In this document: positions 30,908 through 39,589 of the stretch, one piece after another
How positions within the stretch are numbered: the first letter of the stretch is position 1
Layout: the number at the start of each line of letters is the position of its first letter
Position numbers and translations under genes: made by a program
Source of the DNA: Sedimentisphaerales bacterium
GTDB lineage: Bacteria > Planctomycetota > Phycisphaerae > Sedimentisphaerales > SM23-30
Length of the DNA: 64,000 nucleotides
Assembly: GCA_963663805.2 (NCBI GenBank)
Contig: CAXXMR010000031.1
Span: 21,716-85,715 of the forward strand
Direction of reading: 5' to 3'
Notes under the pieces: generated by a model
Seen by the model: only the letters and a program-made list of their open reading frames with translations
Databases searched by the model: none
Told to the model about the DNA's origin: nothing

Positions 30908-30973
30908 GTGCGTGTCGCACCCATAAATCGCCGCGGTTGTTTGTTCTATGGGGCGTTCCCGTTGGTCGCTTGG
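30907..30973 (+). repeat. 67-bp dispersed repeat, copy 2
   Basis: Near-identical to 13425-13491; begins on the last base of the TAA stop. Confidence 0.9.
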
Positions 30974-31099
30974 CCCCAATTTCTCACTTAAGTGGCAAAA
31001 CTCCACCCCTTAACCCCAATTTCTCACTTAAGGGGTAAAAAGTGGATTTTTGGCTCCTTCAGGGCTGTTGGTCTGTCGCCAACAGTGGTGTTATTTTTT

Positions 31100-32571
31100 G
31101 GTTCTTCTGAATAATTTGTGGGTATTTTATCCTTGGGGCTCTGCCCCAAACCCCGCCATTTAGCCTCCAGCCTTTGGGCGAGAGAGGGCGGATTGGCGGA
31201 TTGAGCGGTTTTTCCGGTGGAGTTTGTGGAAATATAAATAATGCATCCTGCGAAACTTTCTGACAAAATGGTATTGTTGCAAAAGATATCACTTGGCAGA
31301 AAGGACACAGGATGCAGGTTAAAACTATACTCAATCGAATTGAAAAGTACCAGGGTTTTGTTTATGAAAGCGACAAAATGATCGAAAACGGCAAGCAAAA
31401 AGAGCTGCATATATTCCTTCGGTCGCGTAAGAACAGTCGTCCGGTCTGTTCCGATTGCGGCCGGAAATGTTCCGGCTATGACACCTTGCCGTCCCGTCGC
31501 TTTGAGTTTGTGCCTTTCTGGGGCATACTGGTTTATTTCGTTTATGCCATGCGGCGAGTAAACTGCCCCCGCTGCGGCATCAAGGTGGAACGGGTTCCCT
31601 GGGCTCAGGGCAAATCTCCGGTTACCCGAACCTACAGTTGGTTTCTGGCGCGCTGGGCTCAACGGATGAATTGGAGTGAAGTAGCCGCAGCTTTCCGAAC
31701 CAGTTGGCATACGGTTTTCAGTTCCGTAGAGATGGCGGTGACCTGGGGCCGGGAGCATATGGATATGGCCGGCATTACCGCTATTGGTGTGGATGAAATG
31801 CAGTGGGGCCGGGGCCATCGTTATATTACCGTGGTTTATCAGATCAACAAAGAATGCAAACGCCTGTTGTGGGTAGGCGAAAAACGTACCGCCAAGACTC
31901 TGCTGCGGTTCTTTCGCTGGCTGGGCAAAGAACGTGCCGGGCAACTGGAATTTGTGTGCAGCGATATGTGGAAAGCCTATCTGAAAGTGATTGCCAAAAA
32001 AGCGTCTCAGGCGATCCATGTTCTGGACCGTTTTCATATTATGGTGCATATGAACAAGTCGCTTGATGAAATTCGGGCCGGCGAATCGAAGGAACTGCTG
32101 CGTGAGGGTTATGAGCCGGTACTGAAAAAGAGCCGCTGGCTGCTGCTGAAGCGCCCGGAAAATCTCCAGGATTCGCAACAGGCTTCTTTGAGAGAACTGT
32201 TGCAGTACAATCTCAAAACGGTGAAAGGTTATCTGCTGAAGGAACAATTTCAGCTTTTCTGGGATTATATCAGCCCCTATTGGGCCGGTGTTTTTCTGGA
32301 TAAATGGTGTGTCAAGGTAATGCGCTCTCGTCTGGAGCCGATGAAGAAGGTAGCTCGCATGTTGCGCAATCATCGCGAGCTGATCCTGAACTGGTTTAAG
32401 GCCCAGAAGAAGTTTTCCTCCGGGATCGTGGAGGGCCTGAACGCCAAAGCCAAACTGACCACCAGAAAAGCTTACGGCTTTCGAGAATTCAAAACGTTGG
32501 AAGTTGCTTTGTATCATAACCTTGCAAAATTACCTGAACCTGTATTTACCCACGAATATTTTTAAAGAGGC
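31100..32571 (+). mobile_element. ISL3-family element, 1472 bp
   Basis: Imperfect 25-bp IRs ending in gtgggta; 8-bp TSD tatttttt at 31092-31099 and 32572-32579. Confidence 0.9.
31312..32565 (+). CDS. ISL3-family transposase
   Basis: CSDCG/CPRCG zinc finger, ERVPWA, IGVDE, CSDMWKAY, LDRFH, SSGIVEGLN.K.K...RKAYGFR. Confidence 0.95.
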   Translation: MQVKTILNRIEKYQGFVYESDKMIENGKQKELHIFLRSRKNSRPVCSDCGRKCSGYDTLPSRRFEFVPFWGILVYFVYAMRRVNCPRCGIKVERVPWAQGKSPVTRTYSWFLARWAQRMNWSEVAAAFRTSWHTVFSSVEMAVTWGREHMDMAGITAIGVDEMQWGRGHRYITVVYQINKECKRLLWVGEKRTAKTLLRFFRWLGKERAGQLEFVCSDMWKAYLKVIAKKASQAIHVLDRFHIMVHMNKSLDEIRAGESKELLREGYEPVLKKSRWLLLKRPENLQDSQQASLRELLQYNLKTVKGYLLKEQFQLFWDYISPYWAGVFLDKWCVKVMRSRLEPMKKVARMLRNHRELILNWFKAQKKFSSGIVEGLNAKAKLTTRKAYGFREFKTLEVALYHNLAKLPEPVFTHEYF

Positions 32572-33501
32572 TATTTTTTGAGCTGACCGCTGTATATTTT
32601 CGGTGGCTTTTGCGGCGGCATTTCCATCTTCAAATGGTATAGCAGCAATTTCTGATCGCCATCGGGCTCGGTATATCTCTGCATCAGCAGAGTCCTGCCG
32701 TCCTGGGTTTCAAAGGACACATCGAGCATCTGGATTCGTGACATTGTTTCCAAAACGGCCTGGCTGGTTATCCCGCAGGCACTGGCCCGCAGTCTGTGTC
32801 TCAAGGTCACTTGCAGACAATAGCTCATAAACGCTACAAACACGTGAGCATCGACCCGGTCTTCTTTATGGTGATAGACCGGCCGAACACCCAGATCGCT
32901 TTTGAGCTCCCGGAACGCTTGTTCTACATTACATTGCAGCATATACTCCTGCCAAAGCTCTATGCCATTCTTTCCGGTTTGATTGGTACGCAAAAAGTAT
33001 GTGCCGTCACGATAAATCATTTCTCGGTATTTGTTCCTATCGAATTTATAATCAAACTCACCTTCCTCAATTCTTTCCTTTGGTTTTGGAATTGTAAGAG
33101 TAACGCATTTATACGAACTGCCAGCATGATGTTTGAGTTTGCCCAGCCTTTGCATAAAACGGGCGTAATCACGATATTTCTTCAGCTTCTCCAGACCTTC
33201 CAGATAGTCACGCAGCTTGCGCTTACGCATAGCCCGTTCTTTAGCCATCCGCTCTTTGCTGCGGGCTAGAACATAACATTCACCATCTTTTTCGATATGC
33301 TTTATGCGAACACTGTCATTTACATCATGCCAGTTTTTCACCGAGAGTTCTTTTGAGAATTCATCCAGTAATTTACGAGGAGTACCAACAAGGTAACCAA
33401 TGTCATTATCACGCATGTGCTCAAGTACCGCTTCTGTGGGGATACCCCGGTCCATCAGCCAAACCCTGCCGACTTGGCCGTATTTTGACTCTATCTTGTT
33501 C

Positions 33502-35091
33502 GTAACATTTTAGCCAAGTGAAGCAAATTCTATAGCTTTTGGGTTGGCTTGTGCAAAAAAAAGACAAAAAAACTTCAAAATGTTAAGATGGGTAATTTGC
33601 GCTATTGCGTGTAATGGTTTATAGTTTCAGCATGATGAAGCCGAATGCTGAACAGGCTATCGCCGACCTGGCCTTAGAGCAGGAATTGACTGCGGAGCAG
33701 GCTGAGCTTATTTACGAGCAAGGCAGAGAGGCGGTGGTTTTTGTTTTGCTGAGACTGTCGAAACTGGCAGCGGAAAAAACACAAGGTACGTTAGTTGCCG
33801 GCAGTCCGGCTGATCCTTCGTGTCCCTCAGGTCAGAAGCCGGTTTTTGTCAAGCCGAACAAAACAGATAAAAAACGCGGCAAAAAGTTTGGCCGTAAAAA
33901 AGGGCATCAAGGTACTCGCCGCAATCTGCCGACCCAAATAGACCGTACCGAAGAACATCGCGCTTCATGTTGTCCGGACTGCGGCGGCGAACTGAAAAAA
34001 TGTTCCGGCACACGTGAACGAATCATCGAAGACATCCCGGAAGATGTTCGCGTTGAGACGGTAAAGCATGTTATTCATCGCGACTGGTGTCCGAACTGTC
34101 GCAAGGCGGTTGAGCCGATCGTAACCGATGCTCTGCCAAAATCATCTATTGGCAATGGTATTGTGGTTTTGTGTGCCTGGCTCCACTTTGCGTTGGGCAA
34201 TACGATAGCGCAGATCCTGGAGGTGTTTAATTTTCATCTCCGGTTTAAGATGTCGCCGGGCGGATTAGTCCAGATGTGGCATCGTTTAGCGGATATACTC
34301 CTGGCCTGGTACGAAGAAATAATCGAGGACATTCAAAAAGCCGGTGTCCTGCACGGCGATGAGACCGGCTGGCGGGTAAACGGTAAAACGCATTGGTTAT
34401 GGTGCTTTACCAGCCATCAAGCCACGATTTTTACGGTCGAGCAGTCGCGGGCCGGGCCGGTGGTTTTGGAATTTATCAAAGAATGTTTCAACGGCGTGTT
34501 CGTAAGTGACTTCTGGTATGCTTACAATGTATTGTCATGCGCCAAACAAAAGTGCCTGGTTCACTTACTGCGTGATTTGGAGCGAGTCTGGAAAGCCAAA
34601 GACCACAGCGGCGATTGGCCGAGGTTCTCCAAAAAACTCAAACGATTAATTCGCGACGCGATACGCCTGCGTAAACGCATCGATGAACTGGATGCGACGG
34701 TTTACCAGCGGCGCTGCCAACGAATCGAAAAACGCTTGGATCTTATTATCGCGCATGAGTGGTCGAACAAGGAAGCTCAGCGGTTGATTAAGCGTTTGAA
34801 ACGCCATCATGATGAGCTGTTCACTTTTCTGAGCAATCGCGAGGTGCCGTTCGATAATAATTTTGGCGAACGCAGCATTCGCGGCGCGGTGATCATGCGA
34901 AAGAACAGCTATAACAACCGCAGCGACCGTGGAGCCCGAACGCAATCGGTGCTGATGAGCGTGTTTTTTACCCTGAAACAACGCGGCCTAAACCCGGTTG
35001 CTACCATCAAAAAAGCCCTGCGAACATACATCAAAACCGGCAAATTGCCAAAACTCGCGGAGTTCTCTGCTTCACTTGGCTAAAGTGTTAC
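33502..35091 (+). mobile_element. IS66-family element, single-ORF type, 1590 bp
   Basis: 24-bp IR gtaacattttagccaagtgaagca with one mismatch; 8-bp TSD tcttgttc at 33494-33501 and 35092-35099. Confidence 0.93.
33605..35083 (+). CDS. IS66-family transposase
   Basis: GRKKGHQG, CPDCG, CPNC, HGDETGW, WLWCF, VSDF..AY, QKCLVHLLRD, DNNFGERSIR; true start may be ATG 33632/33635. Confidence 0.93.
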   Translation: MRVMVYSFSMMKPNAEQAIADLALEQELTAEQAELIYEQGREAVVFVLLRLSKLAAEKTQGTLVAGSPADPSCPSGQKPVFVKPNKTDKKRGKKFGRKKGHQGTRRNLPTQIDRTEEHRASCCPDCGGELKKCSGTRERIIEDIPEDVRVETVKHVIHRDWCPNCRKAVEPIVTDALPKSSIGNGIVVLCAWLHFALGNTIAQILEVFNFHLRFKMSPGGLVQMWHRLADILLAWYEEIIEDIQKAGVLHGDETGWRVNGKTHWLWCFTSHQATIFTVEQSRAGPVVLEFIKECFNGVFVSDFWYAYNVLSCAKQKCLVHLLRDLERVWKAKDHSGDWPRFSKKLKRLIRDAIRLRKRIDELDATVYQRRCQRIEKRLDLIIAHEWSNKEAQRLIKRLKRHHDELFTFLSNREVPFDNNFGERSIRGAVIMRKNSYNNRSDRGARTQSVLMSVFFTLKQRGLNPVATIKKALRTYIKTGKLPKLAEFSASLG

Positions 35092-35276
35092 TCTTGTTCA
35101 ATAACGGCTTTAGCGTGGTTTTCTCCGAGGTATTACCCGCCCAGATTTCATAATTAATCGGAAAGCCATCGGGCGTAACTACCAAAGCTATCAGAATCTG
35201 CCGACAATCACTTCTGCGATCTTTGCTATGACCAAATTTGGCTTTAGGATTCTGTTTGCATAATCCCTCAAAATAC

Positions 35277-36802
35277 GAGACTGTAGCATAGATACCGGCA
35301 TTTTTAATGAGATTTTCGCAAATTAGCCGATAAAACTCCTGGAAGAACAGACCAGTGGAATTTTCCAGGAGAGACGATTATGGCTGGGCCAGGCGAATAC
35401 GTATCCGATATAACCGAAGGTATTACTGGTGTTGAAGATTTACCGAAAGCAAAAATCAAACGGCGTTCACGCACCTACAAAAAGCGTCCTTGCCCCCATT
35501 GCGGCCACTCGTCGTATCGAGACAAAGTCTTCAGGCGAAAACTGCATGACCTCGGAGACCTGGCTGCCAACCGTCCCATCGAGATTTGGGTCAGCTATTC
35601 ACAGCATCGTTGTTCAAAATGCAAACGATACTTCAATGCCGACCTCACTGATCTTGCGGACCCCGGCTGTCACTATACCCGTCGGGTTGTTCACCTGGCC
35701 GTGCGTTTGGTTGTGGAGGACGGCCTGCCGTACCGCCCGGCATCATGGCACTTGTGGCGAGACCACAGAGTTTTTGTCCCTTGGGCTACAATTCAAAACT
35801 GGGTTGAGGCGACGGGGAAAAAAAGCTGAGCAACGAATTACAACTGAGTACCTTGATGGTGTTCTGGCTGATTTCTCCGGCTATATTGCAGCGGACGAAT
35901 TATATGATGGGCCATTCTGCGTCTTATCCATAGTGGATAACCACACCTTCAAACGGCTCATCTACGAGGTTCTTGACCATAATCCCACTCATGAAGATAT
36001 AACAAACTTTTCCTTTCGGTTTCGGACCGAACTGGTACAAAGAACGCTGACATTACGGGGTGTTACGACCGACGGCTCGCCTTTATATCCGGAGCCATTG
36101 GCGCTGATATTTCCTGACGCTGCTCATCAGGTGTGCGAATTTCATGTCCTCAAGGAGATCAACAGAGAAATACTCAAAGCTGTTACGAAAGTACGACGAG
36201 AGCTCAAGGCAAAGTTGCCCAAGCTGAAACGTGGCCGTCCATCGTCTTCTTCCGCGAAGAAAGCGGCATCACGCAAGAAGAAACAGGAAAAGAAAATTGC
36301 CGATCTGTTTGAGCACAGATATTTATTTGTACAACATTCATTGAGTTCGAAGGATAAGAAGAAGTTTTTGCATATAACCAGAGGCTTGCCAAACCTGAGA
36401 AATTTACGCTCGATCATGGATCAGGTTTATCGTCTTTTTGACCGTCGTTGTCGAACGGAAACGGCATTGGAAAAGTTGGCTGTGTTACGCCGGCGAATTG
36501 GGCGATTCAAAACCTTGCGACAGACTCTTAAGAAATTGTTCACCCCCAATATCGAAAAGGCGTTGACCTTCCTTGATGATTCACAACTGCCGTCAACGTC
36601 CAACGCGGTTGAACGGGGCTATCGCCGCCATCGAAAAATGCAGAAGAGTGTCTATCGAGTGCGAACTCAAACCAATATCAGCCAGCGGGTGGCTATTGAT
36701 ATGCAGCGTGACGAGCAGTCCCAAGGCCGTTTACGAACTACAACAACACTTCATGAAGAAAGGACTGGAATGCTATGTTGCCGGTAAAGATGCTACAGAG
36801 TC
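35277..36802 (+). mobile_element. IS element of uncertain family, 1526 bp
   Basis: Imperfect IRs gagactgtagcatagataccggca / tgccggtaaagatgctacagagtc; 8-bp TSD caaaatac at 35269-35276 and 36803-36810. Confidence 0.88.
35380..36787 (+). CDS. DDE transposase in two overlapping frames joined at GGGGAAAAAAAG
   Basis: ORF 35380..35829 has CPHC/CSKC and an HTH-like end; the +1 frame carries AADELY, TTDGS, QVCEFH, STSNAVER. Confidence 0.8.
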
Positions 36803-37640
36803 CAAAATACGTACTGGTGATATCGTAAAGCAAAATATCGTATTCCAGATTGAACATCATCTGCCAGGTATCTTTCAGATAAGAGCAAAGCTCCTCTTTG
36901 TAGGGCAATATCCTGTCCAGGCAGCGGTAAAGCCGGTTCTTTTCGGCAACCTCAAAATCACAGTCCAGCAATACATCCATTGCGGTTTGAGTAAACCAGT
37001 GCTGATGAACATAAAACTCCGCGCCGGGTTTGATAAGACGATTTACCGTCAATAATTTAACGACTTTGGAATACTCCACCGAAGATCTTTCGGTGTCTAT
37101 ACGAGCGGACCAGAATTTATCCAGCCCAAGAGTATCCCATATCTCACAGCCCAGCCAACAGTCACCAAATGTTCGGGGGTTTTCCAGCCGCATCTTTGAT
37201 AATTTCACGGCAATGGTATCGACATCATGGTGGGCATGATTATCCTGGTCATAAGCAAACAATGATTTGCGGACAGGCTGGTTATCCTCGTTGATTATCT
37301 CAATAGACTTTTCCCAGGACTTCTTTTGCGAATCGGAAATCTCCCCGAGATACAGAACCATCTTCTCCACATAACGACCGCGCGAGACTTTACGCTTCTC
37401 AGCTATGCTGTAGTAGGTGTTGTACTTGCCGTTCTTCTTTCGCTTGTGCTTCTTCAGGTACATGCACATATTATCGCGGCTGAAAAACACCTGGCAATAG
37501 GGCAGGTCTGTACCAGAGCCAATATCGAACTAAAATCGCCGCTTACAACTCAAAATCACAGAAAATATTTTTATTTTTGACGGTTTTGACCGCTAAGTGA
37601 GAAATTGGGGTTAAGTGAGAAATTTGGGTTAGGATTTCTA

Positions 37641-37669
37641 TTGCCCCCCCAACTCACCCCCGCTATAAT
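37641..37669 (+). promoter_or_regulatory. Sigma70-type promoter for tRNA-Ala
   Basis: TTGCCC-17-TATAAT, 17 nt upstream of the tRNA. Confidence 0.6.
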
Positions 37670-37686
37670 CCCCAAGATAAGTGGTT

Positions 37687-37757
37687 GGGGGCGTGGTGTA
37701 ACGGGAGCACGGCGCGGTCGCATCGCGCAAATAGGGGTTCGATTCCCCTCGCCTCCA
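37687..37757 (+). tRNA. tRNA-Ala(CGC), CCA not encoded
   Basis: Acceptor GGGGGCG/CGCCTCC with G3:U70, D stem gtgt/gcac, anticodon arm gcgcg-gtCGCat-cgcgc, T arm agggg-ttcgatt-cccct. Confidence 0.93.
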
Positions 37758-37792
37758 CTTGGTTTCTGGGCCATAAACAGCGATTACCGATT

Positions 37793-37809
37793 TGCCGTTC
37801 ACTTCTGCC
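37793..37809 (+). repeat. 17-bp exact direct repeat, left copy
   Basis: tgccgttcacttctgcc; identical copy at 42973-42989. Confidence 0.85.
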
Positions 37810-37891
37810 AGATGCGCATAAAAAGACGCCGGGATTCACGACAGAAATGGAATTGATCAGGGGACAGAATTCAAAAAAACCGGATTTTTAT

Positions 37892-39318
37892 CAATCCTGT
37901 TCGGCACATTTATTGCTTAGATACAGTTTTTCTGTGGTCTTTCCGGTTCATGTGGTTTCGTGGGTTATCCCTTGGTGGGGCTGTCCGTGCTGGCTATTTG
38001 GGCGCAGCATCAACGGCGGCGGCGATTCTGGCGGGGGTCGGCCTTAGTTTTGGCTTTGGAGTTTATTGATATGGTTCTGCATTTCTTGCTCGTCGGCCAC
38101 GCCGCAGAGGTGCCAGCAGAGCATTTCGTAGGTTCTTAAAGTTGGTTTTTTGCCCGTCCACAGGCTGATCAGCATACAGGCGATAATCGCGGCGTACATC
38201 TGCAGTTCGATACCGTTTTCGCAGAGGCTTAGCAGATGTCGGCAGCCCAGCACATGCTTAAAAAAGCGGAAAAATATTTCGATGGCCCAGCGTTTCTGAT
38301 AGAGCAGGGCAATGACTTCGGCGTCCAGGTCCAGCCGGTCGGTGGCAATCAAAATCATCTCACTCTGACGTGGTCCCTGGCCCCGTTTCAAATGCGGTTG
38401 ACATTCAACCGCTATCAGGCGTAACGGTTGTTTGAAATCTTCCCGCAGTTTTTCACTGCTGCCGGCGATTACCGTACGATCAAAAATTATCCCCGCTTTT
38501 CGAGCATCTTCAGTTAAAGGTTTTTCCTGAATAGTTTCGTAAACCGTATCCTCACGCAGCCGACAGACAAAAGAGCTTTTACTATCCACAATGGCCTGAA
38601 ACAGCTTAAAACAGGCATATCCGCGATCATTGACATAAATCCGGCCGGGCTGAAGATTCTCTAAAAAAACCTTTCGCTCATCAGACTTGTCTTCACTGAT
38701 ATTTATTTTCAGAGGCACATATTTTTCCAGATCAAACTGAGTGTGTGCTTTAATTCCGGGTTTGTCGGTGTCCCAGGCAGCCTGAGTGAGTTTTTGCAAA
38801 GCCTGAATACTGCTGCCGTCCACCAGGGTAATGACCTGACCGACTTCCAGTTTTTTGTCCTGAGATATCGGCCCTAACTGCTCAGTGAGTTGAGCGATTA
38901 TCGGCTCTAACAAAGAACTCTCAAAAACCCGGGATGCTTCCGAAAGCGAACCCAGCGAAGCCCGTGAGCAGCCCAACAGCCGCTGTACTTTTTTGAGCTC
39001 GCCGGCCTGCTGCAAAGACCGGATGGAACTGCAGATCGGATTGAACATGTATAACAGCAGCAGACTGATATACTGGTCCATGAATAATGTGCGATTGCCG
39101 GCCCGGTCCCGCTCACATCCCGCCGAGTGAAGACCTTTCAGCAGAGCCGAGAGGGACTTGAAATACTTGAACCCACGCAGGTCCCGCTCCTTGATTTTCT
39201 GACGCTTTTTACCAGCCATGGCTCTATGATGAAACAGGGGATAAAATAGCGCAAGTTAGGATTGTGTTAGGACTTAAGAAAAATTGACTAAAAGCAAAAA
39301 TCGTGCCGAACAGGATTG
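37892..39318 (-). mobile_element. IS4-family element, 1427 bp
   Basis: Perfect 16-bp IR caatcctgttcggcac; 9-bp TSD gatttttat at 37883-37891 and 39319-39327. Confidence 0.93.
38044..39219 (-). CDS. IS4-family transposase
   Basis: LVDGS, NDRGY, YQKRWAIEIFFRFFK (YREK motif). Confidence 0.93.
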   Translation of the reverse strand: MAGKKRQKIKERDLRGFKYFKSLSALLKGLHSAGCERDRAGNRTLFMDQYISLLLLYMFNPICSSIRSLQQAGELKKVQRLLGCSRASLGSLSEASRVFESSLLEPIIAQLTEQLGPISQDKKLEVGQVITLVDGSSIQALQKLTQAAWDTDKPGIKAHTQFDLEKYVPLKINISEDKSDERKVFLENLQPGRIYVNDRGYACFKLFQAIVDSKSSFVCRLREDTVYETIQEKPLTEDARKAGIIFDRTVIAGSSEKLREDFKQPLRLIAVECQPHLKRGQGPRQSEMILIATDRLDLDAEVIALLYQKRWAIEIFFRFFKHVLGCRHLLSLCENGIELQMYAAIIACMLISLWTGKKPTLRTYEMLCWHLCGVADEQEMQNHINKLQSQN

Positions 39319-39589
39319 GATTTTTATAATAATTTTCTCCCCCGCCCGTGGCAGGCTTTTGTAAGTCCCTGTTTTTATAAAACTTCGGGGATTTGCCGCC
39401 AGGCGAAGTTTTCTTGAATATTCTTGTAATTTCCGCCTTTTTATGATAGATTCATTACGAATTCTGGATATCTGAGTGGAAAATGCACCGGATTCTTTAA
39501 TTTTTGGCTGGAAATAGATTTGCCGGCTAGAGAGAGAGGGTTTTCTCTGCGTCGGCTTTTTTTGATTAAAAGGAAATATGGAGAACGCG

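Larger units (their letters stand above)
32571..37463 (-). pseudogene. IS1634 transposase in three pieces (36803-37463, 35092-35276, 32571-33501)
   Basis: Removing the inserts and one TSD copy each restores one frame: ...LYDITSTYF|EGLCKQNPKAKFGHSKDRRSD...GNTSEKTTLKPLLNK|IESKYGQVGRVWLMDRG...VEQAFRELKSDLGVRPVYH. Confidence 0.92.
31014..37610 (-). mobile_element. IS1634-family element, about 1985 bp after removing three nested IS
   Basis: Perfect 17-bp terminal IR ccccaatttctcactta (31014-31030) / taagtgagaaattgggg (37594-37610), flanked by TTAA on both sides. Confidence 0.85.

Noticed and set aside
31024..32517. 497-aa minus-strand ORF
   Set aside because: Antisense to the ISL3 transposase and crosses the IS boundary; no motifs
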